This document shows, piece after piece, positions 29,301 through 42,179 of a DNA stretch of 64,000 bases. Each line of letters starts with the position of its first letter. The first letter of the stretch is position 1. Under the pieces are notes generated by a model. The model was not told the origin of the DNA, did not search any database, and was given only the letters and a program-made list of their open reading frames with translations. Position numbers and translations under genes: made by a program. Origin of the DNA: Tubulanus polymorphus. Its lineage: Eukaryota > Animalia > Nemertea. Location of the stretch: NCBI RefSeq assembly GCF_964204645.1, contig NC_134028.1, positions 8,370,001 to 8,434,000 of the forward strand, in the 5' to 3' direction.

Positions 29301-32300
29301 TTATTTTCCAGTAATACTAAACCTGAAGAGGACAACTCGATGACTATCAAACTATTAACCAAGAAAATACAAGGTTACACGAAGACAGGCATTCATCTGC
29401 ATTATACTAAGTGTAATTTTTCGCTTTGAAAATACTGACAAAAAATTTTGACTCGATCTTTTAGGTTTGAAACGTAAAATAAAACAGTTCGAAGACACGT
29501 ATGAGGAAGAGTTTGGATACAGAGTAAGTAACTTAAGAACTATCTTTTACCTCCATTACCCTACTGTAGAATCCTAGGATTGGGGTCTCTAGTAAAGACG
29601 CCATCTATATGGTAACGTTTGACCTAGCGGGTAACAGATTATCCATTTGCACTGTTATGCAAGGATGACTCATACCATCAGTATTCATTATATGCATATC
29701 ATACGCTAGGCAGTGACTACGCCAATTCAATAACTGGTTGCCAATTTCCACAATTTTGTTCAGTACATCAGTAAATAGTACTGCAAATTGCCTACGTATT
29801 TATATCATATCATAACATATCATATATCATATATTATTGACCATCAACGAAAGGCTTTTAAGGCCAAGTTTAGATATTTAGTGTCCTATGTGATGTAGCT
29901 ATTTACATTGTTCTTTATGAGAGTGCTGCTAAGATAAGTCCTACTTTATGTCTCATGGTTTTGACTAAACGTTTCTGTCAAATAAGTTTTTTCTCTTGTT
30001 GTTGAAAAACAGTTTGTAGTGAATGTGGTGGCTGTTTATGACATAGTTAAAACTGCAGATGTATCTCAATTGGAAATCATTTTTTGCAGCCGTGCCAAAC
30101 GGACAAGGCTTCGCGTCCTGAAATACGCAAATGTATGATCGAACTGGCGAAAACGCGGAAAGAACTCAAACGTAAGTTGAACGGCATGAATGTAAAATTC
30201 GGATTCAGTTTTCATTCTGTTATCTTATGACTCCTGTCGATTTGTGTGTTGATTTTATGAATAAGATGGGTTTATTTCTCATTCTCCATCAATCACTCAT
30301 TTTATGTCATTTACCACAAAGGCCAATTACATTTAAATTCCTGAGAATTGTATGACTTCATCAATATTTTGATAGTTTAATTGATATGGTTAGGCTTATT
30401 TGAGGGACATGGCTGCGGCATTTGTCAGGCAAATAGATCTTATATTCTTTTCAATCAATCTCTCGAAACGGCCTCTCCGAATTGTAGAAATTCATTTAAG
30501 ATATCTTATATTCACCTAAATGTGTCTAAATGTGGAATTAACTCGCATATAAACCCACTTACCCCCGTATATGAAGAAAAAATTTTCTCAGGGAGCACGT
30601 TGATTTCCATTTGACTGACTATTTAGGAAGTCTAGACTTCACCCTGAATTATTGAGACACACTGTCATCACTCCATCTGTGCTGGAATTGGCTTGCCTAG
30701 GCGGACTATTATTGCTCCCTTGTGATCTGAGGCGAGCTGAGTCTATTGTAGATTAAACGTGTACCTGGTTGATATTCATCCATTGTCATTAACTATCATA
30801 AAATCATAATATGTTTCAAATTATTTTGTTCTAACCAATTGTATTTTATATGTATTTGTTTGCGTGCAGAATATGCAGATTTCGAAGGTAAATGTGCTTC
30901 ATTTCGCCTTAAAGATCGACTCAACAAATGAATATATCTTCAGTTACCTAAGAGCGGTATATGCTTTTTAAGCTGCCACCATCTAAGTAACTGGTTCCAA
31001 AGTTCTTTGCCCAGTCATGACATGAGCCAAAGATAGTCTTGAATTTTAAGATTGGTCGAAAGTAAAATAGGCCGAGAGCAGTCTTGTCTGCGAAACTCAT
31101 CCCTGACTATTCAACCGTTCCTGTCGGTCATTGGCGGATAGATCTTACAGATATTTGCCAAGCAAGGGTTTTGTAAGATATGCTAGGTTTTTGGCTGAAA
31201 ATGACTCGCTTCATAAAAGAGGCCTCACTGGTGTTTGCGATGACTATGAATCATTTATTTAAGCACATCAGTACTGTGATAGGCTGTTGTCGAAGTCACA
31301 TGACCTAGGTTTATGTTTGTGATTCACTGGCTGGTGTTGGACACCGGATTTATAGATGGCTCTAGTATTAGGTTTTGATATTTGGCCTGTTGTTCATCTT
31401 GAAGCTCCTATAATATCTGTTTTCCTGATAGAATTTAAGAATGTTTTGGCTAACTGCATTTGTTGAGTCGACTCTTCTTAGAGGGAGGACACAGTGTAAA
31501 ATTCTGCTTCCATAATTAATAAATGCTATAGTTTCATTTATTCAAGAATTTTTGGTATCAATGATATATTTTATTATTTCTTGTGTGTACATCCATTGTT
31601 GGTGGCTCATAGCTATACATATTGATGGTATTGGAAAACGAAGGTCATTAGTAATTGTTGTAATTTTAAAAGGCTCTTATTGTCGGTTTGTGTGCATGAA
31701 ACTTTAAATTAGTTCTGAGTAAGGTTTTTTTTTTTAATGAATTTTGAGATCCCGAAGAATTTGCGTTTTAGCACGGCAAGCTTTTGAATTAATCACACCT
31801 TGAGTTAACTGAAATTAACTATTTACTTAATGGTTATATCTCATCCCTCATCCGGCAGGGATTCGAACCTGATAGCATCGCTACACTCAGCCACGGCACG
31901 AACCCCTGCCACACAAAACTGGGTACGCAGGTACATTCACGTGGTTGTCACAAGAAAACTTGCAGCATAAATCACACTCGGGCTAGTGTGGCAGGGTTTT
32001 GTACCATGGTGAGTCCGGATGCCACCAGGTTTGAATTATTGGGATGTAATATCTACGCCTAAATTTGAAGTTCCGGTACGCATGGATTAACGCAAGACAG
32101 AAAAATTTGCCAAACAGCCGGAAATTTGATGATAACAACACTGCTTTTTGGGTTACCTGAAGTTAGAAAAATCACTTGACTAATTCATCGTTCGAGCAAC
32201 TTCTACGAATAGGTTCAAAATATGGATTACACAATCCCTTAAACTTTCGAAATTGTCCATAGAGAAAATATTCTATTTTGTCTGTGATTCTAAGAATTCT

Positions 32301-35300
32301 TCATCGCCTTTTTAAAGAAAAAATATGCTTTACTGATTTTTTGCAGATCTGAAAGAAGAGCAACGCGAACGAGAGCAATATCTAGTCGACACGCACAGTA
32401 AAGATGGCAGCACTGGAAGTCATGATAACGAGGGTGCTGGGGCTGCCGCGGCCGATTTGCACCACACGTTAGAAATAATTTTGAAACGACTGAAAGAGAA
32501 ACGAGTCGAAGGATCGCGTCCCGAAGATTTAGAAGTTAGTACAAGAAAAATATTGTGAATTCACCGCTTAATCGGTTTTTAGTTACGATGCTTCTTCTGT
32601 CAACCTGCTAAGTGGATCGGGAGGTTCAAGTTTTCTTTCCCCCTCGACCTGCAGAGAGGAACCTTCAACCAAAAAATTCAGCCACCATCAAGGTTTAAAT
32701 CCATTAACCCAGGATTGATGAGAAAGTGACCGATGACCGCTGGGCCACTACACCGCTCTGGCATTTTATATACCGTGATTTAGTAAACCCTCTTAACCCC
32801 TATAGTGCTGACTTATTGATACCCTAAAGTGCTGGATAAAATTTGAAAATCAAAAAAATTCCACCCAAGCGTGTTGAATAACAGGCATACCGTTATAATG
32901 CGTCTACACTGCTCTGCTGTGTATTGTACATCGTGGTGCGGTGTATTGTTAGTTACTAATAATTATCTGTGTTTGACAGGTGCTGCCATCTTTTATTAAA
33001 AAATAAAAACTTATTACCATTTATATTGAAACATCGCACTGTGACGAAGTAGGAAAGTCCATCAGCGATTTACACAACGCACTGCAGTGTAGAGTAAGGG
33101 TTAATCTGGATCAGTATAATTTAGAATTTGATTTAATACGGATTTAATGTTCAGAACAAAGTTGTTCTAATGTTGACTATGATTCGATTTTGAATCCACT
33201 TGCGCATGTACTAAAATAAATATATACATGTAGAATGTGGGTTTCTACATACCGCTCATCAGGGTTGGTTTCGTCAGTCCCACAAATGACCAAAATGTAT
33301 GCTCTTTTACTTAACTGATATCAATTTTTGCCATGGTATTTAATTAAACATGGGGGTTTTCTTATTTCATTGACGTGGCGCGGCAGATTTCTTGTATATT
33401 TCAGTTCATTTTTGTACCTTTTGTAGTTGATGTCTCATGAACAGATTCAGGACGAAAAATTAGCCGTACAGAAAGCGTTGCTGTATTTTGAAAGTTTACA
33501 CGGCCGACCGGTAACATTTTATCTCTACATTCCTGCTTGAATATCCTCTTTTGCCATAATTCGCAGGGTTTCAGGCTGGGTCTCTTGCCGTGGCGAGTCT
33601 CGAGCCATCAGGTTCAAATCCCTGCCAGGGGAGGATGTCATCGTACTTTAATCGATGTTTTGGACCGAGCTGAAAACAACGGGGTACATGTACTCGTTTA
33701 AATAGAAATTTTTCACTGTTTTCTAATTGTTTGATTTCAGAATTCTCGACCGGAAAAGGAGTTGATGCGTCCTCTGTACGATAGATATCGCAATATCAAA
33801 CGTATTTTATCGAATCCGTCTGCTGTAAGTTTACAACTTGTTGGTTAAAAAGTTTGGAAAAAAAAACAACTTTCTTGTCAAATTGCTTCCTCAAAAACAG
33901 CAATATAACAGGGCTGGGTGTAGACAATTAATAAGTTTAAGTTAAAACTAGTTTATCAAAATGGTCTCTTGTGTGGATCTTGGACGATATTTTAGGATGA
34001 AATAGGGCGGCATTTGTTTCAGTTCAAGAGAACAATTAAAGGCTGGCTTATGTCGACAAGCAACACGATGCCTGCTAACGCAACTGGGTTTATCACCGAT
34101 TAGCGGCAACTAGCAGCCTCATGAGGCCATCAGTTGCTGCTCTATCGGTTCGACATGAGCCGGCTTGCGACGGTAACCCGACGCCTACCGACTCGTCGCA
34201 AGCCGTATCCGGCTAGTTGCCCATGTTCTACTCCGGCCTACGGTAGGTGGACAGTTGCTTTCGATCGCAGCCGGCATAAGCTCATCTGTGACGCGACGGA
34301 ACTGAGCGCAGGGGTTCCAGCCAATAGGACACCGCATATACATAGTACAAATTATCACCGCTAGTTAGCGTCATTCGTAATTAGTCATAAACTGTCAAAT
34401 TCAAGTAGTTCAAAATGTAAACCAAACCTTCAGAGGACTGGACCGAAGATCTAGAGACAAAATTGGTAGAATTATGGTGTGAGCGGCCATCTTTATATAA
34501 TGTCGCTAGCACGTTGTATTCAAAACAGAAACAGAAAGATCAAAGTCTTAAAGAAATAGCTTATCTAATAGAAATATATTTCCCAATAATTCAAAATAAT
34601 TCAAATTCATTCTCAAAATGCTTATCACGTGACCATTTGAGCCATTGCAGTTGCCAGTAATCGCAACCGACATAAGCAGGGAAGTAACTGCGAGGATCTC
34701 GTATCCCGATAGTCGGCCTCAGTTGCTGCGAATCGGAGCGCAGTCGACATAAGCTGGGCTGCGATCGCGGTTGCTCTCAGTTGCGTCGATAGGAGTCGGT
34801 AGGCGTCGTGTTGCTTGTCGACATAAGCCAGCCTTAAGAATCATTAGGCAATTTCCTCAGTCACTGGAAGACTTGGACTTTTCAGATGATAGCACAATTT
34901 CCTAATTGTTCACGGAAGTTTAAGGGCGCTTTGCAATTTGCGGCCATATTTCGACATATGACAAACAATGTCTCCATCAATGCCTGCAAACCGTAGGCAT
35001 GTTTTTCGTAAAGGTATACCTGAATCTTGGCAACGGATATTGTCTTTTTTTTTCAGTTTTCTGATAATTTCAAGTCAGTCTCAGATGAACAGATAGGAGA
35101 ATTAGCATCTTCTAAAAGAGTAAGTCATTACCATTGCATTAACTGCATTTCAAAATTCCGAGCACCATGAAAATCTAATTGCATAGTACAAGCAATGACC
35201 TGGTGCCACCAGCCTCCCATCCCCCCGAACCAACTGGCGAAAGTTTCACCATCTTTCAAAAATAATCAGAACTAAGTTGTTAACTAAGAACTGGTTGGCT

Positions 35301-37499
35301 TACATAGAGTTATGATGATGTGAGATGATAAGCGCTGTCATATGCACATCAAATGTCAATTCTATGACAAGCCCATCTCGTTATGCATAGCGAAAGGGTT
35401 GAAAAAGTGGCCTCTTCAATTTTTCAGGATTTACGGTGTATATATAACAGTCAGCCATTGTTCACGTCGAATGAAACTGTTTTCTGTTTTAGGAGCCGAT
35501 TCACGTACCTACTGCCGGCACGATGAACAATGACTACGACAACGACAGTATTCCGGAATTCATGGTAACGCACAACCCCGAATTATTACGCAATCGGTCG
35601 CCTACGCAACAGCATTCTCAGGGGTCGGTGTCCGGTCAATCGTTGGAATTACAACATCATAGTTCTTATGAATTTAAACTACATGAAATGTCGGCGTAAG
35701 TATCGTTGAACCATTTGCTGAAGGAAGGTTTTGTCTATTCCTGACCCAGTCCGGCCGAACGGGGCACTCATCAATATAGGGTTCATGGGATTGAACTCTG
35801 TTGGTCTAAGATTGTCTTCGTCGAAGGTTCTTCTCCTCGGCCTCTCCAATCAATAGTAGAAAAGTCGCCAGCTTCAATTTAGCAAGATCCATCTGATGTT
35901 GCAATTTGTTCCACGTTCAACCTTACCCTCATTCTTACCCTACTAATAAGAAACCCTCAATACTGCTTAAAATATCCCTCTAACCGTTTCCAGTGGGTTG
36001 TGGGATGGAAAGTTTCTTTCCTAGAATTTGTTCTAGTTTTTGAAAATTCAAATATTCTGGTTTCTTGACACTCTAAAAGACATGCTTCAGAATGTTCAGT
36101 CAAACCTGCTTAATCCGGGTCAGCTTAATCCAGATTTTGGTCCAATCCGAACAATATTTGCAGTCCATTTGTTCATTAATATACAAGAAAATGACTTTGA
36201 ATCCGGATTTCCCAAAAACCGGATGAATTGTGTTGGTCCCAAATGATCCGAATTATTATAAGCAGATTCTACTTTAATTCCCTCCAACGTTCATACTCGT
36301 TGTGTTCATTGAAATCGCCCATCGTTCGTTAAATCGCTTGTCTTTTTTTCGATTTACTGCAGTCTCGAACTGTGCGATGAGCAGACAAGGGCTAGAACGG
36401 AAAAACGTCATTTACGAAAAGTGCTAAAAGATTACGAAGACGAATTTTATGAACAAACCGGACATAAAGTACAAAAAGAAGACCGAACACCTATGGAAGC
36501 CGAGTACATGTCTTATAAGGTATGTTTATATGTATAATGTTCGCGTTGAATCGGCAAAATTATACAGTTTTACATTTGAGTCTATAAATGTACTAAAATT
36601 TGGGGGCTGGTTTTATAGATTGGTGTTAACTTTAACTCATTTTCAATTGAGTTTACCCCCCAGGTTAAAGATAATACCAGTCTATAAAACTGGGCCCTGA
36701 TGAATATGTTCGCTGCCATGATCATTATTCCCAACTGCTGCTACTATGAATTACCCTGGCAAGTCTTCGTTAGCAGTGGGGCTAATAACATAGTCGGCCA
36801 TTTCGATTACAAGGGTGACAATATTAAACAGTTTAAATCATAGGAAAAATCAGAGCTTTGAGACATCTCGGTAGGGGTAGCAGAACTCTTGATGGCATCC
36901 TTTACAGTCTTAGCAGACTACCTATGGGTTGGTCGACTAGTCAGTACAGCATCTGAGATATATTTCGTGGTGAAGAATGGACAATGATCTTGATTGTTCT
37001 AATAGCTTTGTCGGAAAAGGCTACTCAAAGGCTACTTGGTTCTATAATTTAACCCATTAGCACTCAGGAATTTCACTATGTCAATTACTCCTCAGAAAAT
37101 TCAAGGGAAAATCCAAATTTATCACGATACAGAATAGCCCATTCACAGTTTATTTTCGTCTACAAGTTCCTGTTATTGTAGTGTCAACTTGAGTGTCAAG
37201 TTAAGCATAAGCTATTGGGTTCGATTCCAACTATAAACGTTTTTGTGCAGCAGATGAAAAAAGTGTCAGAGCGGATTCGGGCAGCTTGAGTGCTAATGGG
37301 TTAAGTAGCCTTTGAAACTTCCTGAGAATTGTCTTAACTCTTGAGCGAATCCATTAGAAATTCGAACGCTTTCAGTTTTTGCCCGCGATGTGCGTACGTT
37401 TAATTGGCGCGAGTGCTTTTTTCTATATTTCAGCGAGTGAAAGCAAAACTTCGACTTCTCGAGGCGCTGATAGCGAAATCTGAAGTGACATCGATTTAG
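5363..37499 (+). CDS. FAM13A: FAM13-family RhoGAP-domain protein (FAM13A/B-like), complete
   Basis: Phase-compatible exons: 5363-5428 (putative first coding exon), 14794-14989, 15431-15640, 16452-16635, 17090-17309, 18269-18417, 19625-19675, 20885-20967, 21873-21930, 23879-23941, 25927-26088, 26168-26270, 26702-27065, 28161-28278, 28754-28810, 29312-29373, 29465-29523, 30090-30171, (30870-30887), 32347-32534, 33427-33510, 33741-33824, 35057-35119, 35493-35695, 36363-36519, 37434-37499 (TAG). RhoGAP motifs VFGIHL, EGIFRVNGN (arginine finger), LLKLFLRELP, NKM..ALSIVFGPN. FAM13 C-terminal motifs EKLAVQKALLYFESLHGRP, MRPLYDRYR, KAKLRLLEALIAK. Confidence 0.9.
5602..5770. mobile_element. pogo/Tigger-like MITE (CAGT...ACTG, TA TSD); related copies ~21164-21329, ~23982-24450, ~24856-25319, ~36097-36272
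   Basis: TA|CAGTAAACCCTGCCTTACTCGGAC ... GTCCGAGTTAGGCGAGGTTT..ACTG|TA terminal inverted repeats. Confidence 0.65.
7563..7687. mobile_element. Harbinger-type palindromic MITE family A (GGGCCAGTTGCTCAAAAG...TTTGAGCAACTGGCCC); other copies ~6212-6333, 21358-21464, 22255-22349, ~28446-28567, 38849-38976
   Basis: Six similar ~100-130 bp copies with TIRs. 3-bp CAG or CTG duplications flank the 7563, 21358, 22255 and 38849 copies. Confidence 0.8.
10030..10370. repeat. Degenerate minisatellite (gtgcgtttatgagaaacaagaaac...cttgtttccgtgtgtccc); related array at ~14530-14740
   Basis: Repeated GAGAAACA/CTTGTTTCC/GAAACATG units visible in both regions. Confidence 0.7.
12849..12978. mobile_element. Palindromic MITE family (cttaagaccagtct.../cttaagtcacgact); related copy ~55493-55644
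   Basis: GGGCCAAGT...ACTTGGCCC termini in a CAG/CTG context, with internal palindromy. Confidence 0.6.
15040..15290. mobile_element. Dispersed non-autonomous element (ggcccggaacaactgttcacacgg...gtgtgatcgcggct); second copy ~39800-40082
   Basis: Two clearly similar copies. The 39.8-kb copy is absent from the paralogous segment at ~53.27 kb. Confidence 0.65.
18511..18965 (-). mobile_element. Degenerate 3' fragment of RTE-X-like LINE
   Basis: HKFPLETDRW...RTCKLLC..IGDEFHYLFHC C-terminal zinc-knuckle motif and an AATAAAGTAAAGTAAAG-type tail. Confidence 0.7.
19000..19185 (-). mobile_element. Degenerate Penelope-like pLTR remnant with decayed hammerhead
   Basis: Minus strand GC-CTGATGA-TGGCT..AGCC-GAAAC-ATT-GC (19095-19132). 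Downstream sequence resembles the 24898-25185 element. Confidence 0.6.
24898..25185. mobile_element. Penelope-like retroelement remnant (inverted pLTR pair plus tail) inserted into a pogo-like MITE
   Basis: 13-bp TSD CTCTAGGAAATCA at 24885-24897 and 25186-25198. ~70-bp inverted repeat 24898-24970 vs 25074-25146. Contains a hammerhead core. Confidence 0.8.
24953..25014 (-). ncRNA. Type I minimal hammerhead ribozyme (Penelope type)
   Basis: UUAUAUUUGA-U-GC-CUGAUGA-U-GGCUAAC-AGUU-GUUAGCC-GAAAC-GUC/-GC-UCC-UCAAAUAUAA: intact core, 7-bp helix II, helix I of 2+10 bp, palindromic ACGU in place of helix III. Confidence 0.8.
27276..27386. mobile_element. Palindromic MITE family B (GGGCCCGGTTTTATAGACTGGTATT...AATACCAGTCTATAAAACTGGGCCC); copies ~1366-1472, ~7397-7505, ~17392-17487, ~17643-17752, ~36603-36696
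   Basis: Six similar copies. A CTG duplication flanks the 27276 copy. Confidence 0.8.
31850..32040. repeat. tRNA-like (A/B-box) SINE-type repeat, two copies in opposite orientation; other copies ~8430-8500, ~8612-8672, ~15765-15880, ~33563-33630
   Basis: TGGCTGAGTGTAGCG...GGTTCGAATCCCTGCC motif (B box GGTTCGAATCC) recurring six times. No complete cloverleaf. Confidence 0.6.
32797..33099. mobile_element. TTAA-flanked MITE (ttaa|CCC...GGG|ttaa); related ends at ~2840-2965 and ~26325-26530
   Basis: TTAACCC...GGGTTAA boundaries and shared subterminal sequence ctacaccgcagtgcggtgtataaatcagtgatggact. Confidence 0.55.
34040..34834 (+). mobile_element. Internally deleted PIF/Harbinger transposon with MADF-domain remnant
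   Basis: ~29-bp perfect TIR AGGCTGGCTTATGTCGACAAGCAACACGA with a TAA TSD on both sides. Internal peptide WTEDLETKLVELWCERPSLYNVASTLYSKQKQKDQSLKEIA (34439-34561) resembles MADF/Myb-SANT. Confidence 0.85.
37053..37300. mobile_element. piggyBac-type MITE
   Basis: TTAA|CCCATTAGCACTCA...TGAGTGCTAATGGG|TTAA. Confidence 0.8.
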
Positions 37500-40400
37500 C
37501 AGACAGGTTCAACTAGGCAAGGTTCAACTAACGCTGGGTCAACTCAATCGACATGAGATTTCAGCTTGACCTCGGGTTCAGCCAAATACTAGTGCGTAAA
37601 AACTTGCCGGTTTTAACTGAAATTGACTCGACTGATATGTTGAATTCAAGTTAAAACTGAAAGACAGATCCCGTGCGACTTATGGATGTTGTTTATCATG
37701 TTCTACCTCTCGATTCGTCAAACTATTCATGACTATTCTAGTGAAACCAGATAACTCTAGACATTAGGACTAACTGAAGGGATTGAGTCCATAGTTATCT
37801 ATTACGAATTTCTACGAAGGGTTACGTTTTTGAGCTAAAAATGACTAGCTAACTTCGTAACAGTGATAGCCTCTTTGGTGAACTGTGACTGACGTCAGTG
37901 CGGATGAAATTATGCATTTGATTTACTTTTGAGATTGAATATTTGAGATTTCGACAACCTATAACTACGTGAAGTAGGGAATTTTGATGTATAGCATCTG
38001 AAAACGAAGTCAGATCTGAGGTATCTATCTCAAGCTGGAACCAACCCCTTATGCATCCACCATTTCATGAAAGGAGTTTGCAGTCCATTTGTTTGTTCAT
38101 ATTCATCCAAAAAATGGAAGAAAGGTGACGGATATCTTTCGGAGGTTGGTCCAGCCTGCAGATTGATGCCTGCGTTACAAACGTTTATCAGATACAACAA
38201 CTGATTACAACATCATCAACTTCATATAATCGATGTAACCAAGGAATACTACATCAAAATATATTTCGATTTAATCACATAAGAAAGATCATCATTTCCT
38301 AGCTTGTTTGACAAGGTTGTGTACGCTTAAGAGTCTTACGTGTGAAATGATGGACTTTCTTCCGTCTGTTAATCTTTCTTCGTAATCTGTTCGATGTTCC
38401 GCCCCTCAGTAAGCGATATCGATGAATCTACCATGAAATAACCGATTTTCCCAATAATTCGGAAACAAACCGAATTTGTTACAAAAAATGAACAGTTTTA
38501 TAAGTAGAATTTTTATTCTCCGATTAAAAAGCGGTTGCAACAAAGGGGAATAGAGTTCTCTACTTCAAACTGTGATTTTTTATCGGTTCACGATGATTCA
38601 CATTTCGTTTCGTATATTTTCGAATCTCAGTATTTTTGTGGGTGGCGCACGCGCGTTGTTTCATTGTACAAATCCGTGTTTTAGTTTAGTGCGCGTAAAA
38701 CTATGAAATTTATTTATTCGTCTTCGACTGTAAATTGTGTATTGTATTATTTGTAGATACAATTTTATAGTATTAGAACTTATTCTTGTTTCGGCGTCTA
38801 TGTTGAAGTCATTGTCGGTATACCTAATGCCTAAATACTGACACTCAGAGGCCAGTTGCTCAAAAGTTTGTTAATGATAATCGGCGGATGAATACCATAG
38901 TAGCAATGGAACTTTTAATTGTCGCTACATCAACTAACCACTGGTTAACTCTAGCCAACTTTTCAACAACTGACCCCAGTAATTTTAGAGAAGTTTTACC
39001 ATATTTTGTCAAAAAACTTTTCTTTTTTTTGCTCTGCCAAACTTTTCGAGCCAAACTGGAGTATCTTAAAACTTAGCAGAATCGAAAAATCTGCGTTCAC
39101 GTGTTTGAGTGAAGGGACTTACTTTACTTCTATACTAGGGCAAGTTTAAGCGTAAAACACATCGTAGCAAGCCTGGTGAATAGCAAACTATTCATTCGTG
39201 TTTCAAGATATTAGATTGAAAATTCAATTTCTTTAAATTATTTAATTTGATTTATTTGATATGTTTAATTTCTTGAAAATGAATACTCTATACATCGTAT
39301 AAGTTATTTTTAATCGAGTATATTTTAGACTAGAACTTTCTAAGATTCTACGCTCATCGTACCACCTCTGTTCGACGTTTCAATATCTTATAATGATTAG
39401 CACGTGAGTTGATTTATTTTTCGATGTAAGCTCCGACCTTCGATTGATTTCGTGGCCGTTAGGCTATCAATATCTCGATCAGTTTTCAAGGTCAAGTTGA
39501 CGAAATCAAATCTAAAGTTTGTGCTGAAAAATGATCTCTCGACTATTTCATATCAAAATGCTCTCTAAATGTACACATATCTCTACGAGATAAAGAACGG
39601 ACAGCGAAAAATCAATAACCGTATCATCGTAATACAAAAAAATGTTTTAAGACGGATTTTTTTTAGCTTTGATTGTGTGATATATTGCGTGTACTTACAT
39701 TCAGTCAGGCTGTGGTTACGTTGAATGTCATTTTTAGAATATATTCAAAATCAAATCCCCATCAAGCGACCGTTGAGATCACAGCTCATCATTAGCAAAT
39801 TAGGCCCGGAACAACTGTTCACACGGTTGCCAAATGGCCCGTGCCTGTTTGGTTCGAACAAATACGTCGGACCAGGCCCTAGCCAAATTTAAGCACCAGG
39901 GTCGAATTGTTGACACTGGTTTGGGAAGTGACTCACTTCGCGTTGTTTTTAAGCATTGTTTAGTATTGAGTGAGTGGTTTAGGTGTGAACGCCCCCTCTA
40001 ATTAGGCACGGCCCAAATTTGACTCGGGCCTGATCAGTGCCAATTTGGCTCGGGCCAAATCGTCTCCGTGTGATCGCGGCTATTGGCTGTCAGGTGCAAG
40101 TGGCGGACTGAAGCAAAATGTCACAGTTGACCGCCCTTTGCACAATATGGAAATGTGGAAAAAATTTGGTGTTGGGTCGAAATGAAAAACATCTGGCTGT
40201 TGGATAAAAGATAATCAGTTTGATGGAATGTAACGGTATGGAGTGAAAAGTACCCACATCCATTGTAACGATATAAATAAATGTCAGAGAATATGAAAAA
40301 TGGACAGATTCGATGTAACCATTAGTCTGATTGAATTGTACTTATTGCTGTTTTACAGAAAATGGCGACAAAAAACTGTGATATTTACATTTTTCAACAT

Positions 40401-40816
40401 AATACGTACGTGATTAAGAAAATCTAAATCGATTCGAAGATGAGCAAAAATTCAAAACGTTTAACACGATTCTTATCGTTTTTCTTTTAATTACTTTTTT
40501 CCGACCGCGAGATTTTAGCACGTTTGTAGTGCATTTTAGAATTTTTTTTTTTCCCAAGACGGGATTAAAGAATTTCTGTTAAAATCGTTCCCGATCTGAA
40601 ATTGTTTCCTTTTAATCGCATGTCATGCCAAATTTCGTACATTTCAATCGCGTATTCGGAACGCACAAAATAATGGCTATCGATGAAATAATGAGATCGA
40701 TGAAATTATTGATTTGCAGTGTTTTATTTAAAAAAAGCAGATATACGTTGTTTAACTCTGAGGTCTGTCTCTCTCCCATATGGCGTGTACATAGTGTTCC
40801 ATATTGTTGATATTCT

Positions 40817-41061
<245 letters not shown>

Positions 41062-42179
41062 ACGACGGAATAAATTATTTTTTGCTATTAATTTCGTGTT
41101 TTGTGCAATTGGCTTTGGGATGTTCGAGTTCACTATCAATTTCGTATCCGCGGGACGTATGTCACAGCTGATGAATTGAGTGCCATGCATACCCAACTAC
41201 TGAAAAAATGAAAAATGTGGGTATGTGTTTCTAAGAAAGATCCCTGAATTGGCGATCGTCAACCATCTCTTCAGAAATACGTGATCCGATGTGACCCCAT
41301 TCAATCTTGCAGACCAGCCAATACGCATTTGTTATGTGTAAAAGTTGGGCGAGGCGTTGTCACTATAATTGCTGGTGTCTTCATTACAAGCAAACATGAA
41401 TTTCTGTAATTGTCGACTAATGAAATATTGACTTTGGAAGGTATTACGGGTGTACACATAAGTAGTCTGTGTGTAAATACGCATTTGTTTGATCGAGTAA
41501 ATAAAACGAATTCTGATGAAGTATCAGGCAAATATTGCACGACATTATGAGATATTTGATTAGTTGACATTTCAGGATCGTAAGTGAGCTACTAGAATGG
41601 ACCAACCGTTTGAGGATATCATGCTCCATTGTTAATCATACGGCATTTCTAAATTGTCTTTATACTTCGTGAAAGACGTTGCTCTGTTTGCAAAATACAT
41701 TTTATACGCATATTCAATGGTTTTTTGCGGACAAACTTTAATCCTCGGGTTATGGGAACCTTGGTCCTCAGTTAAGAACCACACCAGTTACATTCACATA
41801 AAGATATAGTCTATACTTTTTTGAATGAATTTGCTTCAACTCGTCGTATATGGGACTTATCGATCCGCACAGCTGTCATCAGAGATAATATTATGATTGG
41901 GGATTTAACGGCGGAGTTCATGCCGCCAACGGGTGGATGGTTCATTATAGGCCTTCGTAGTAAAATCTACCATAAAATCATCGTTTGAATTTCAAATTCC
42001 TATCTAACTAATGACATGCTCTCCGATTCAAACTTCGATGTAAGTTATCGAGTCGGATCATAGACGGCAATATGAAAATATGTTTATCCCATGAAACGAG
42101 GGGTTATGTAATTTACGACTCGACGTGTATCTAAATGTGTATCTAAATGGCATTTTGTGTCTGAGTACATGAGCTGTAA

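Noticed and set aside
31853-31900. tRNA gene
   Set aside because: A- and B-box-like motifs without anticodon arm or acceptor stem, in multiple diverged copies; treated as a SINE-like repeat.
33231-33290. Type III hammerhead-like arrangement on the minus strand (CUGAUGA...GAAACCCACA)
   Set aside because: Lacks the U of the NUH triplet (GGAC) and helices I and II do not pair adequately.
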